From the NCBI RefSeq assembly GCF_963921235.1, contig NC_086097.1, positions 56,794,001-56,854,000 on the forward strand: a stretch of 60,000 nucleotides of DNA, given 5' to 3'. Positions 23,390 to 37,462 of this stretch are shown here, in pieces. The DNA comes from Mobula hypostoma (taxonomy: Eukaryota). The notes beneath the pieces were generated by a model. That model saw only the letters and a list, made by a program, of their open reading frames with translations. It was not told the DNA's origin and did not search any database. The number at the start of each line of letters is the position of its first letter. Position 1 is the first letter of the stretch. A program made the position numbers and the translations under genes.

Positions 23390-24860
23390 AGACATTACTG
23401 GAGGAAATTCTGCCACATGTGATCTGCCAGCATTTGGATTGACAGAGTCTGATTAAGAGTCCACGTAGCTTTGTGTGTAGAAAGCCGTAGGTGGTGAATG
23501 TTTCATGGGTTTTCAAGGAGCTAACTGAAAAGGTAGATGACCGTTCGGTCTGTTTGAACATTTGCAATGCTTTCGACTAGATTCTGCTGGTTTGGAAGGT
23601 TAGGTTGCTTGTGGATCCAGGGTGAGCTGGTTTGATGGATTGAAAATTGACATGGAGGTAGGAAGTGGGAGGAGGTAACTGAAGACTTTCTCAGAATGGA
23701 GGCTGGCAACTTGTGTGCCGCGGGGGTTGATGTTGGAACCCTTGTTATTTGGAGGTTTTGTTGACCGTGAGCAAGGTTATCGTAAATTACAGGGGGATCT
23801 TGATCAGTTAGGGAAGTGAGCTGAGGAGTGCAAGTGAATTTTAATACAGTTAAGTGTGAGGTGATGTGCTTTAGAAAGTCAAACCAGCGTAGGACTTAAT
23901 TGAACTATGAATGGTAGTAGGAAGTGTAATGGAGTAGAAGGACCTACCTAGGAATAGAAGTGCATAGTTCATTGAAAGCAGTGTCACTGGTAAGGTGATG
24001 GAAAAGACATATTTAGTGTGCTGACATTCAGCAGATGGGGGGGGGCAGAGGAGCAGCATCTTAAATTCAGTCTGGATAGCCTCCAACCTGAGGTATCAAT
24101 ACGATTTTTCCTTATGGTAAACAAAATCCATCCATCCCCCCTCTATTCCCCACTCTGACCTTTTACCTCTTCTCACCTGCCTATTACTTCCCTTTCTCCT
24201 ATGATCCATTCCAGATTCCAATTTCTCCAGTCTTTGACCCTTCCTACTCACCTGGCTTCACCTATCACCTTCCAGCTAACCTCCTTCCCCTCCCCCCACC
24301 TCTATATTCTGGCATCTTCTCCCTTCCTTCTCAGTTCTGAAGAAGGGTCTTAGCCCATAACATTGACTATCTATTTATTTCCACTGATGCTGAGTTCCTC
24401 AATCATTTCTTGTGTGTTGCTTTGGATTTCCAGCATCTGCAGACTTTCTTGTGTTTATTGAGTATCGGAGTCAGGACATCATGTTATGGTTGTATAAGTC
24501 ATTAGTGAGGCCGCACTTGGAGTAATGCATACTGTTTTGGCTACCATGTGGAAAGAGTGCAGAAAAGATTTGTGAGAATGTTGCCAGGACTAGTGTGCCT
24601 GAGATTGTCCAGGTTAGATCTTTCTTTGTAGGAGAATGGGAGGGTAACCTTGCCTATGCCTCTCAAAGTTTTAAACATTTCTGTGGGTTGGATGTTGGCA
24701 GACCTTTTTTTCCCAGGGAGGGGAGTTTAAAACTAGGAAGCATAGATTTAAGGTGAGAGGATAAGATTTAAAAATGATCTGCAGGGCATCTCTTTCTATG
24801 CAGAGGTGGTGAGTATGTGGAACAAGCTGACAGAGGAAGTGTTTGAAGCAGGTTTTCTAG
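23390..24860 (+). mobile_element. Degraded CR1 fragment with a nested Penelope remnant (about 24020-24455)
   Basis: CR1 RT and 3' motifs; internal PLE 3' end with a decayed hammerhead (CTGAAGAAGGGTCTTAGCCC). Confidence 0.7.
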
Positions 24861-25329
24861 GAGCCATGTATCTATTTTATGTCAGTATTTTGTGTTGCAC
24901 ATTTATCATGGGTAATTTGCGGTAGAAGCAAATGAGTATAGCTGCATGTTCTTGCTTTGTTCAGTTGAGAGGGAGTGAGCTGGGGGTAATTTTTTTTGTT
25001 GACTGCTTATTTTGCTTAGTTACGCATAATTACACTAATTTGAACACTAATTGCTTTTAATTCATTAAATCGCTAATTTAGTTTTGTTAGTTTTATATCG
25101 TCGTGCGATTGTCTTTGCTGGTTTCATAATAAGGGATCGAATAGAACTCAGTTACTTGGAAGTGCACTGTGCAGTGTCAAATCCCATACTCGGTCTCTCA
25201 GCGATTTTAGTATAATAGTTTTATAATAAGTTTTAGTATAATAGTGTCATTTAAGAAACACTTGGAGGGGTGGGGCTGAGAGAGATACAGCCCGAACAAG
25301 AGAAATCGGGACTAACTGAGTGGCACCAT

Positions 25330-25487
25330 AATTGAAGTTGCTGGTGAACGCAGCAGGCCAGGCAGCATCTCTAGGAAGAGGTACAGTCGACGTTTCACGC
25401 CGAGCCCCTTCGACGGCCTGCTGCGTTCACCAGCAACTTTGATGTGTGTTGCTTGAATTTCCAGCATCTGCAGAATTTCTCGTGTTG
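25330..25487. mobile_element. Short inverted Penelope pseudo-LTR fragment
   Basis: Same sequence family as 18815-19178; flanked by a TGGCACCATAATTG duplication. Confidence 0.8.
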
Positions 25488-26056
25488 GCACCATAATTGG
25501 TATGGACTCATTGGGCCAAAGAGTCTGTGACCATGCTGAATTACTCTATGACTTTATGACCCCAATTGTAACTTAATTAAATTGTCCTATTCTTTACTTT
25601 GGAAATCAAGACACCAACTAACGACCTTACCAATATACCTCAAAAAAGAGCTTTGTAATCATGTTTTCAAAAAGCAGTTTTGATTCTGTCAGTCATATTG
25701 AATGTTTTCTTCTGGCACTTTCACCATGTCCTTCAGATAACACATTCTAACATTGAAGTGGGAGAGGTGGGAGTTGTGTAAGGAGCAGATGGAAAATCTA
25801 GTATTGAAAATCTCCATAACAAATAAGTAGTTCAGAGTTCAGAATAAGGCTATGTATGTGGGGGAAGGAGTTATGAACAGGGCAGATGGAAGATCCAGTA
25901 CTGAAAATATATATTAGCAAAAGAGGGTTAGGGTATTCATTTTGTTTCAATTGGTATTCTTTTGCAAAGAAGTGTTGTGCCATCACCAGTGTACTGTAAT
26001 TCTTGCATTGCACTGTTCATGTGTTAGTCAGATATGGTATTTAGCAATTTCAGATA

Positions 26057-27622
26057 CAGATTTCCCCCGCCATCCGAAGGTAGAGCGTTCCTATGAAACG
26101 GTTCGTAAGCCGAAATGTGTAAAACGAAGAAGCAATTACCATTTATTTATATGGGGAAATTTTGTGAGCGTTCGCAGACCCAAAAATAACCTACCAAATC
26201 ATGCCAAATAACACATAAAACCTAAAATAACAGTAACATTTAGTAAAAGCAGGAATGATACGATTAGTACACAGCCTATATAAAGTAGAAATACTTTTCC
26301 ACAATCATTGCCTGAACTGTTCTCCATAGCAAAAATCTCACGCAAGCACCGTCGGCAGAAAATCTCACGCAAGCGCTCTCCAGTAACCTTTAAGCTATGA
26401 AGCTACCAAATCATACCAAATAACACGTAAAAATACACAGCCAATATAAAGTAGAAATAATGTATGCACAGTGTAGTATCACTTATGGGAATCGGGAAGA
26501 TAGCTTGCCGAGCACACTGATGATGGTGTGTTATACTGAGTTGGAGTTTGGGTGGTGCAGTGGCCCCCACCCTCCAGGCCGCCGAGCGATACATTGCTGC
26601 GAAGCATGCAGGGATACAGCGGTAGCTGGGAGGCACACAGCACATCCTTAAGAAAAAAGCCGAAATAAACAAGCTAATTAATTAGGTGCCGCCCAACACG
26701 TAATTGTCGGCCCAGATCAGTGACGTTTGCCGATTGCATCGCCTTTGATCTGGGCCGACATTTACGTGTGGGGCGGCACCTAATTAATTAGCATGTTTAC
26801 CTGTGTGCCTCCCGGCTACCATTGCATTCACCACGAATCGGTATCTGTCCGTGGCCCGGGGGTTAGGATGGTGGGACACTGGGGTGTCATCTCGTCATCG
26901 TCTGTTTCCATTAGAGCAGGCAGGTCATCTTCTATCTCTGCCTGCCTCGATGTCGAAGGTCGAGGTTCATTGTCTGCTGTGGCTGATGTGGAAGGCTTGC
27001 TTGGCTGCTGAGCCTCACGCATTTTTCTATCACACAGTTCTTTGTAAGGACTCAAACCATCCTGCAAATATCCCCTAAACTGACGTACCCTTTCAAAATT
27101 AAAGTCGTACTTTATCATTACTCATTTGGTTTTGATTGTTATCCTTTTTTCTTCCAATTGCATCAGCTCTTCATCTGTCAGTTCTTGGTCATGGGATGCC
27201 AAAACCTCTTCAACATCATGTTCGTCAGCTTCCACAAGCCAAACTCACGTTGTCCTTACTTCATTCACTACAATCAAAACGCTTAATTATGTCTAGTTTT
27301 ACACTAAGTGTAACACCCTTACGAGCTCTTTCAGGCTTTTCCGATACCTTAGAACTCACCTTGCAAACGGCTGCTCACAGGCTCGTGTTTAAGCAATGCC
27401 GGCGAGAATGCTGTTCCGAATCCGGGGGAGAGCGGCTGCTCGGGGCGCACGCTGCCTTTTATCGCGTGCTGATTTTTTCGCAGGCTGATTTTTAATCGTG
27501 CACTGATTTTATTTTTCGTAACAGTGAAAACACCTTCTGAAAGCGAAAACAGGGTACTAATGTAGGTCTTTCATAACAGTGAGGTTTCGTAAAGCGAACG
27601 TTCGAAAAGCGGGGGACACCTG
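26057..27622 (-). mobile_element. pogo/Tigger-like DNA transposon, internally deleted
   Basis: TA TSDs; TIRs CAGATTTCCCCCGC / GCGGGGGACACCTG; minus-strand remnant RKGVTLSVKLDIIKRF (CENP-B-type HTH). Confidence 0.85.
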
Positions 27623-27652
27623 TACATTGAACATTTTTTCTTCAATCTCTAG

Positions 27653-27725
27653 ATGTGGTTTTGCAGGAGAAACTGGACCAAGATGCATTATTCCCAGTGA
27701 AATCAAGAAGCCAGGTGTATCCCAG
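27653..27725 (+). CDS. ACTR10: ACTR10 coding exon 2
   Basis: [28 protein letters not shown] boundaries; phase consistent. Confidence 0.96.
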
Positions 27726-27989
27726 GTAAGTTTTTCACCTCTATATTCTTTTAGTGTGAGAAGTTGCACACAAAAACAATATTTATAGCAACCTTGGAAA
27801 CTAGACATTTTTAAGTTGCTTGCCATTTCAAACTTTGCATTTTTATCAAAACAATTGTATTTTTAATATCATTAGTTATTCATTTAATTTTGCCTACTCA
27901 TGTTGGATAAGGTTAACATACACACCAGCACAGAATTTCGAAATGTGATTTTTTTTTTGTGTAGACTTGTGTCAGCAATCATAAAAATG

Positions 27990-30900
27990 ATTATAACCTT
28001 GTAACCTACAACAATCTTCTACACCACCACCAACCGTCATGTCATCAGCAAACTTACTAACCCACCCTTCCACTTCCTCATCTAAATCATTTATAAAAAT
28101 AACAAAGAGCAGGGGTCCCAGAACAGATCCCTGTAGAACACCACTCGTCATGGGCCTGTCAACAGAATACACTCTCTTCACTACCACCCTCTGCCTTGTG
28201 AACACTTTCATCAATTTGTTTTATCTCTTCCTTGAAAAAAATCAGTCAGGCTTGTGATACACAACCTGCCCCTTACAAAACCATGTTAATTATCCGTAAT
28301 CAAACTATGCTTCTCCAAATGCTTGTAAATTCTGTCTCTAAGAATCCTCTCCAGTAGTTTGCTCACCACTAATGTAAGACTCACTGGTCTATAATTCCCA
28401 GCATCATCTCTATTACCTTTTTTGAACAAATGAATAACATTTGCCATCCTACAATCTTCTGGTACTACTTCAGAGATTCAAAGTACATTCATTATCAAAG
28501 TATATATGCAGTATACAATCCTGAGATTTGTCTTCCCACAGACAGCCATGGAACCTATTCACAGAAAACATCATGCCCCCAATACGCAAGAAAAAAGAAA
28601 CCAAACAAACAGCAAAATGCGAGTGAATAACACACAGTATTAAACATCAAACCACAGAGTCCTTGAAACAGTGTGGGAATGTTCAGTTTAGATCAGTGAC
28701 TGCTGGTCACAGAGCCAGTCCAGCCCAATCAATATCATGTAAAATAGCAGTTTTAAAAAAGGAGTAACCAGAATCACATAAACTGCAGAATCCTTTTTAA
28801 AAAAAAAATTGAGTCCAATCCACAAACCTTGGCCAAGACCCAAGGCTCCTGCACTTTCCTTTGGCTGCAGATATATCACTTGCGCCTCTCTTTTGCACTT
28901 TACGTATGTAAAGAAACTTTTGGTATACTCTTTAATATTATTGGCCAGTTGTAATTTGAAGATCACACCCTTACTACTGTTTGGGGTTCTGTATATAACT
29001 CCCATCAGGGTCTTTTTACCCTTACAATTCCTTAGCTCTCCCCAAACAATTCAACACCTTCTGACCCTATGTCACTGTTTCCAATAATCTAACTTCACTT
29101 TCTACCAACAAAGCCACGCCATCCCCTTTGCCATGCTGACTGTCCTTTTGATAACAATGTGTATCCTTGAACTTTAAGCTCCCTGCTGTAATCTTCTTTC
29201 GTCTGCAATTCAATGATGCCCACAACATCAAGCATGCCAGTCTTTAACTACAAGTTCATCTACCTAATTCCATATACTGCATGCATTCTATTGTAAAACC
29301 TTCAGTCCTGTATTCAGCCTTTTCGATTTTGTCCACCTTTTCGTTACAACTCATTGTGTTGACTGCAATTTTGCCCTATCATTGGCCTCTCTTTGTTGGC
29401 AGTCTCACTACACACTGCTTCTGTTTGTAAACCAACTACCTTATCACTCCAGTTTCCTTGCCTTGCCAAATTAGTTTAAACCCTCCCGAACAGCTCCGGC
29501 AAACCTGCCCACAAGGATATTGATTCCCCTCGAGTTCAGGTGTAACCCATCCCTTTTGTTCAGGTTGTACATCCCCAGAAGAGATCCCAATGATCCTTAC
29601 AGCTGAACCCCTGACCCCTGCACCAGTTTCTCAGCCACACATTTATCTGCCAAATCATTCTATTCTTACCCTCACTGGTGTGTGGCACCGGCAGCAATCC
29701 AGAGATTACTACCCTGGAGGTTCTGTTTTACAGCTTTTTACCTACCTCCCTGAAATCTCTTTTCAGGACTTCCTCACCTTTCCTATCTATGTCATTGGTG
29801 CCAATATGTACCAAGACTTCTGGCTACTCACTCTCCCCTTTAAAATGTCATGGACCCTATCCAAGATATCCCTGACCCTACAATCCGGGTGTCTCTATCG
29901 CGCCCACAGAATTTCTCCTCTCTTCCGCTGACTGGAATCTCCTATCACCATAGCAGTCCTCTTCACCTGTCTACTCCTCGAAGCCACAGCAACAGACTCA
30001 GTTCCAGAGACCCAGGCACTGCACCCCCCCCCCCCCCAAGTAGGTCATCCCAGACATCCCACCTCTCCCGGAAGTTCTGGGAGTCTCCTGCATATTAATA
30101 GTGGCTCCCTGATGCCTGCAAATTATATACAATATCACAGAAATCAATTTTTTTGAGAGCGAGCAAGAGAAAGCGAGAGAGAGCACGGGAGTGACCACGA
30201 GAGAGAGTGCAAGAGCAAGCAAGCAAGCGAGAGAGCGAGAGTGGAAGCAAGCGAGAGAGAACGCCGGCGAGAGAGAGTGAGAGCACACCATGGCAGAGTG
30301 TTCCAAAAAATATATGAAACGTACGTCACCCCAGGCTACACTAAAGTGTACCCCTGCCTAATAGGGCTCAAAATAATGATGGTGTTGCTCGCTGCGCTGT
30401 TTGCAACAGTGACTTTTCTATTGCCCATGGTGGGTTAAGACTGTAAAAGACATGTTGAGGTGAGTTTGACAGGTGCCATTCGTTCATTAGCATAGCTAAT
30501 GTTATTTAATCTAGCTGGCTAGCTGCTAAGGAGCTACTCTATTGCAGACATCCCACCTCTCCCGGGAGTCTCCCGCAAGTTGATGGTGCTACCTCCCTGA
30601 AATGAGTTTTTGCAGGGTGGGATGTCTGTCATCCCCCTCTACCTAGGGCTGACTACCTCTCTGTAGCTACTGTCTATCACCTCCTCATTCTTCCATGTGA
30701 GCCAAAGGTCATCGAGCTGCAGTTCCTGTTGTTTAATGTGTTTTCTGAAGAATTGCAACTCAGTGCGGCTGGTACAGATGTGTTTATCTGGGAGTCTGGA
30801 GGTCTCCCAGACTTCCCACATCCCACACACAGTACAAAACACTGCCCCTGGAGCCAGTCTCACTACACTACTAGGCCCTAACAGTTGAAGAATGAAGAAT

Positions 30901-31090
30901 TAAGAGCAAAAAGACAAACTTACTTCACTGAAGCCTGATGGACAAAAGCCACACTAAACAATGTCCCACTCACAACAATGGCTGCTTTGCCAGCGCTTGC
31001 ATTATTTTTATTCGCCCTTTCTAATGAATCCCGATCAGCGATTGGTCACAGTCCAAATCCAAAAAGCTGCCTCAAAGTTCTGCATTTTTA
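27990..31090 (-). mobile_element. Fragmented CR1 (ORF1 zinc finger/esterase, endonuclease, RT) with nested insertions
   Basis: CTVCGMWE, GVIYRTPNS, QGSVLGPLLFVIFINDLD..SKFADD. Confidence 0.8.
30051..30628. mobile_element. Non-autonomous DNA transposon (MITE) with CAGACATCCCACC TIRs
   Basis: TIRs at 30051 and 30628, extra internal TIR copy at 30545, 6-bp TSD TCATCC. Confidence 0.8.
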
Positions 31091-31339
31091 ACCTCAAGTG
31101 TGAGCCTGTTTGAAAAGATAGCTCTCTTTATGTACTGTTGTAAACAACCATACCTTCAGTTTCTCACACAGCTTGTAAATGAGCAGCATTGCAGTGCTTT
31201 ATGGCTAAGTAGTGGCAGTAATAAAGATGATTTGGTTGAGAGTACTTTAACTGTGTGGAATAGTTCTTCTCTGACCAATTCTTTCGGGACTTTAATCAGC
31301 ATGGACCTGTAGTGATTTAAAACTTCCAAATAATCTTGA

Positions 31340-31465
<126 letters not shown>

Positions 31466-32365
31466 TAGGGTATATTAAAAAATTGATTTTACTAAGTTGA
31501 TGTTTAAATATTATGCTGCATGCAAAACATAAATTTTAGTTCAGAGTAGAATCTTAATAACTGTAAAGTTTTTATCACACTCCAATTTAAAAAATGCATG
31601 CTTTCCTAAATCTCTATACAGTATACTTCATCGAGCTGCTGGAGTGTGCTTCATCTAGCTGCTAGAGCACGTAATTAAAATAAAGTACGTAATAAAATTA
31701 CAGGTTGGGGTTGTGTGAAGGAAAATCTGATCTCTTGCCACAAGTCCATAGAAGATGGATACAAAAGGCCATATAAGATTTTTCTCCAGAGCCGTTTAAG
31801 CTATGGAAGAGCCCTTGTGGAATTTCTTCGTCACAATTTTTAAGAGCATCTAAGGACTGAAAACTTGTAATGGAGAATAGTGTTTTAAGACCTGCTCGGC
31901 TCTGTACACCACTACTCTCATCTCTAGTGTAAAATAAACAGTAACAACTGAACGTTTTTTAATATTCTGGTTACAGTGTACGTACTTAAGTCCATCACCC
32001 TACTGGGCATAGGCCACTGATAGCAGCTCGCCAGAGTCCTCTGTCCCAGGCCAGTCTTTCAAGTTGTCCCCAGATCTAGCCCATCTTCTTGGTGTATCCT
32101 CCCCTCCCAGGGATGGGGTCTCTGGAGCTTCTGTTGGCACTTTTGTAGCTCTAGGTTTTTATGGGATGGGGTTGCTAGCCCCATACCCAACCTGGTTTGG
32201 GACCATCTATGGTGGAGTTAATTACACTGTAGTTGCACCTTAATTATATGTCATCCATTAAATTTTTTTTAACTTTTTAAGCACATTGTTTCTTATTGAC
32301 TGAGTTTTACTTGATAAGGTTTGTTTCATGAATGGTATCATTTTTTTTCTCCTTTTCCATAACAG

Positions 32366-32474
32366 ACACTTGCTAGTAAACCCAAGGGATCGGCGAGTTG
32401 TTGTCATTGAATCAGTTCTGTGTCCATCACACTTCAGAGAAACACTCACTAAAGTTTTCTTTAAGCACTTTGAG
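32366..32474 (+). CDS. ACTR10: ACTR10 coding exon 4
   Basis: [36 protein letters not shown]. Confidence 0.96.
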
Positions 32475-32539
32475 GTAGGAAGCTGATGATAATGTTGTTC
32501 TAAGACCAAAAGAAGTAAAATGCAGTCAGATCAGTTTTT

Positions 32540-35280
32540 AAAGATGTATTAAAAAGCCACATGTAAAGTATAGCATACAGTTCTGGTCATCCTATTGTAG
32601 GAAGGATGTCGAGGCTTTGGAGAGGGTGCCAAAGAGGTTTACCATGGTGCTGCCTGGATTAGAGGGCATTTGCAATAATGAGAGGTTGAACAAATTTTGG
32701 TTGTTTTTTCTGGAGAGGTGGAGGCTGAGGGGAGATCTGATAAAGGTTTATAAGATGAAGGGAGGCATAGATAGAGTAGACAGACAGTATCTTTTCCCCA
32801 GTGTTGGAGCGTCTAATAACAGAGGGCATGCATTTAAAGTGAGGGGGGTGATTTCGGAGGAGATGTGAGGAGCAAGTTTTTTATGCCAAGAGCGTTGAGT
32901 GTCTGGCATGCACTGCCTGGGTTGTTAGTAGAGGCAGATACATTAGGGGCTTTTAAAAGATGTTTCAATAGACACATGAATGTGAGGTAAATGGAAGGAT
33001 ATGGACATTGATTAGGCAGGAGATTAGTTGGCCATTTGATTACTAATTTAATTGGTTTGGCATAACATGGTGGGCCACAGGGCCTGTTCCTGTGCTGTTC
33101 TGTTCTATTTTCTATTAACCCTTATGCAGTCATGAGTATGGCATATTTATCTGGAATTATGAAAAAATATTTTTCAGTAGAAGGTTGGTAAGCAAAATTT
33201 TGGGGCCACTTGTGTTCTCAAGGAAGTGAGATTTTTAGCATTAGGAACTTCTGAGAACAGATAATGTTCTCAGGCAGGGGATGGGAACCAGAGTGATAGA
33301 GCTGAGGATGAGGCAGTTGGCATACAAGTCGATGCATTGTTAGTGAGACTGTGAGGAAGGGCAGGCAGATGACCGGGCAAAATTGCAGTCACTGGGATGA
33401 GTTGAAGTGTAACGTAGTGACAAAATTCAAAAAGGGTGATGAATACAGGACTGAAAGTGTTAATATTTAACTGTACACAGCATGCAGAATAAAGTAGGTG
33501 ATCCTGTGGTGCTGTTGGGGATTGGCAGGTATGATGTTGTGGGCATCACCAAGTCATAGCTGAAAGAAGATCCTAACTGGGAGCTTAATGTCCAAGGATA
33601 CACTTGTATTGAAATGACAGACAGGTAGGCAGAAGGGGTGGAGTGGCTCTGTTAGTTTAAAAAAATCCTTAGAAAGAGGTGAATTGGATAGGGAGGTGCA
33701 GAATCCTTTTGGATAAGTACGAAATTACAAAGATAAAAAGACCCTGATGGGAATTATGTGGTGGCCTCTGAACAGTATCCAAGCTGTGGGATACAAATTA
33801 CAACGGGAGATAGAAAAGGCATGTTAAAAGGGCAGTGTTACAGTAGTCACGGAGGATTTCAGTGTGCAGAAAGATTGGGAAAATCAGGTTGGTGCTGCTT
33901 GACTCCAAGAGAGGGAATTTGTAGAATGCCTACGTGATGCCTTTTTAGAGCGGCTTGTGATTGAGCCCACCAGGGGAATGCTAGTTTGGGGTTGTGTAAT
34001 GAATCAGATTTGATTAGGGAGCTTAAAGTTAAGGAACCTCTTTACCTTACAGGAGACAGTGTTCATAATATGACAGAGTTCACCCTGCAATTTGAGAAGA
34101 TAAAATCAGAGGCATCGGTATTACAGTGGAGTAAAGGGAATTATAGAGGCACGAGAGAGGAGCTGGCCATCGTTGATTGGAAGGGAACGCCATCAGAGTT
34201 GACGGCAGAGCAGCAATGGCTGGAGTTCTGGAGGCAATTCAGAAGGTGCAGGATAGATACATCTTAAATATAAAGATGTATTATAAAAGGAGGATGAGGT
34301 AAATGTGGCTGACAACAGAAATCAAAGACGGCCTCAAAGCAAGAGAGAGGGCATATAATATAACAAAAATTACTGGGATGTTAGAGGATTGGGAAGCTTT
34401 TAAAAACCAACAGAAGGCAACTAAACAAGCCATAAGGAGAGGAAAGACAAAATATGAAAGGTAAGCTGGCCAATAGCTTCAAAGAGGATACCAAAAGGTT
34501 TTTCAGATATATAATGAGTAAAAGGGAGGGAAGATTGGATATTATAATGCTGGAGAGGTCGCAATGGGGGCAAAGGAATGTTAGGTGAACTTGATAAGTA
34601 TTTTGTGTCAGTCTTCACTATGGAAGCCACCAGCAGTACTGTATGCCTGAAATTCGAGAGTACTGGGGCAGAAGTGATTGTGATTGCTATTACTAAGGAG
34701 AAAGTGCTTGAGAAACTGAAAAGGTCTGAAGGTAGATAAGTCACCTGGACCAGATGGACTACACCCCAGGGTTCTGGAAAAAAAAGTAGCTGAAGAGATC
34801 ATGGAGGCATTAGTAATGATCTTTCAAGAATCAATAGGTCCTGGAATGGTTCCGAGGCCTGGAAGAATGCAGATGTCACTCCACTCTTTAAGAAGGCAGA
34901 GGGTGATTTTCAAATAAGGAAATTATAGGCCAATTAGCCTGACTTCAGTGATTGGGACGATATTGGAGTCCCATTATTAAAGATGAGGTTTCAGGGTACT
35001 TGGAGGCACATGATAAAGTAAGCCTTAGTCAGCATAGAACAGAGATGAGAAAAAATTTCTTCAGCCAGAGGGTGGTGAATCGTGAATTCATCATCATGAA
35101 CAGCTGTGGAGACCAAGTCACTGAGTACATTGAAAGCGGAGGTTCTTGATTAGTCAGGGCATCAAAAGTTATGGGGAGAGGGAATGAGAATGGGGTAGAG
35201 AAGGATAATAAATCAGACACGATGGAATGGCAGAACAGATTCAATGGGCCAAATGGTCTAATTATGCTCCTGTGTCTTAT
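32540..35280 (+). mobile_element. CR1 fragments (3' end 32540-33115; endonuclease-RT remnant 33270-35280)
   Basis: LERVPKRFT..LPG, SPGPDG and NFFSQRVV motifs; TTCTA/TTCTG tail. Confidence 0.8.
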
Positions 35281-35634
35281 TATCAAGTAGCTAAAAAGAT
35301 TACAGAAAATTTTAAGTTTTAAAATGGAACTTGTCAGTGGCACTAGTCTGATGCAAGTGCTGATACATGCTACTGCTTTCAAGGAGTTTGCATGTTCCTG
35401 TGACTGTGACTTTCCTCCGGTGCTGGAGTGCCTCCCACAGTTCATGGATGTACTGTTTAGTAGGAACAACTGGCCATTGTAAATTGTCCTGTGATTAGGG
35501 GCGGATTGAATCAGGCGATTGTTGGGCAGCGTGGCTCAAAGGGCTGGAATGGCTTGTTCCACGCTGTACCTCAATTTAAAAAAATTAAAAATCAATATTA
35601 TATTTTATCTTGCAAGTTGTAGTTCTTTGATGTG

Positions 35635-35648
35635 CCACTAGATGGAGT
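35635..35648 (+). promoter_or_regulatory. CTCF-like motif CCACTAGATGGAGT
   Basis: Resembles the CTCF core; intronic. Confidence 0.4.
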
Positions 35649-35827
35649 GTTGCACATAGTTCCCTACGTGACTGGAATGCAAAACATGGAAAAAAAGTTT
35701 AAACAATCGTGATTTACTATTGAATGTGCTGCATTTATTGAAAAGTAAATATTTCAAACAATTGCATTTGAATTTTCCCTAGAAAGTCATCAATAAGTTG
35801 TATTAATTCCCCACTTTGTGTTTTTAG

Positions 35828-35935
35828 GTTCCTTCAGTGCTCTTTGCTCCATGCCATCTTGTGTCGCTGCTGACTCTTGGTATCAATTCTGCTGTGGTTT
35901 TAGATTGTGGATATACAGAAGCACTAGTATTGCCT
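35828..35935 (+). CDS. ACTR10: ACTR10 coding exon 5
   Basis: [36 protein letters not shown]; donor GTATCTTTT. Confidence 0.95.
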
Positions 35936-37462
35936 GTATCTTTTTGAAAACAATTTTATGAAGGATGAGATGATTACTGGTTACTGAAAATAACTTGTTT
36001 GATCATCATCAGTGTACATTTTCTAAAAATTATGGTAATGGAAAAGCATGGTTGCAAACTAATGGGATTCTGATGTGGTTTTACAAAAATAGATATTCCT
36101 ATAATGTGCCCAAACTTCCTCTGATTTTTTAAAAATAAATTCATTTACCCAAAGCAGCTTAATAAATATCCTCCTAGCCTCATTCTTAATGCGCTGTTGT
36201 ATCTGCCAGTCACATTTGATGCTAATTGTTCATTACCTGCTTTTCCAGTTCTACAATTTTTAAAATTTTTTTAAAGTTTAAAAATTGTTGAGTACCAATT
36301 ATTTTAAGAAGAAAAATAAAATAGATTTAGAAAAAGACAATATAAATGTATGAGAATGAAAGAGGATAAGGGAAGGCAGTCATTAGATGTAAAGGCTTTA
36401 TACAGTATACTTAACTACTATAATTTTTTAATTGGTCTTTAAACATAAGTGATGTCCAATTTAGGAGTGTGCCAAATGTGACTTTTGTTCAGATTAGGAG
36501 ACTGATCATGCTGAGACATTATGTACTATCCAGTATTTCTTAAACTGGTAAAAATATGTAGTATGAAGTAAAGCTGCTAGGTAGTTCAGAGGATGTGGAG
36601 ATATGGAGTAGTGTGTAATACAGTGAGAACCAGATGGTACTTACTAAAAGACATTTGTACTTAAAATGTTCTGTAAAGAAACAGGGTAGATGAAGAAAAT
36701 ATAGTTAAAGAGTAAATAGATTTAAACAAGAGCTTCTCTGTTTATAAATAGAACAAATTGAATTATTTGTTTTCTAGGTCTATTGGAGAATGCAGAATCA
36801 AGAATGATGAACTTGTGCAACACTATGGTTAACATTATTGTAGTCGTTACTGTTTACATTCCAGTAATTTACATTATTACGGGATAGATATAATAGAAAT
36901 TTTGGGTGCAACATCACTGGGATGTTTTCAGACATGAAAGATTATAAGAAGAAATGGGGTTTGAGAATTAATAATTGACTTCTGTGCCAGTGCTCAGAAG
37001 ATTGAGCAGCAGCCAACTGGGGTTATTTAACATTTAGAAGGCTAATAATATAGATAGATAAAAGGTAATTGAAGGAACATCACAAAAAATATTCAAAATA
37101 AGTTAACATAATTTAGACAACTAACTTGCTGAATTATGTGCCACTCATCTTTATTGAACTTCCCATAAATTATTCTCAATGTTAATTGCTTGGAAAAAGA
37201 ATATTTTAGAGTTTTGGGCAAACTGAGGAAATCATGAAGTCAAGGTGGGCCCTGAGATATTGAACTTTATGCAAAATTAAAATTAAAAGAATTGTTGGAA
37301 ATCCCAAATAAAAATTTGCTTGGCACAATTGCCTTTATGGTACTTAGAGGGGAAAGATACCCCTGAGTCTGAGGGGAAATAGAAACTATAAGGCAATCAA
37401 GAAATAGTAAATAAATGTATTCACATTATATTCAGTACAAAATATAATCTTAGCTTTGTCAG
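35936..37462 (+). other. Probable U12-type (minor spliceosome) GT-AG intron 5 of ACTR10
   Basis: 5'ss GTATCTTTT; AATCTTAGC branch-like sequence close to the AG; no long polypyrimidine tract. Confidence 0.7.
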
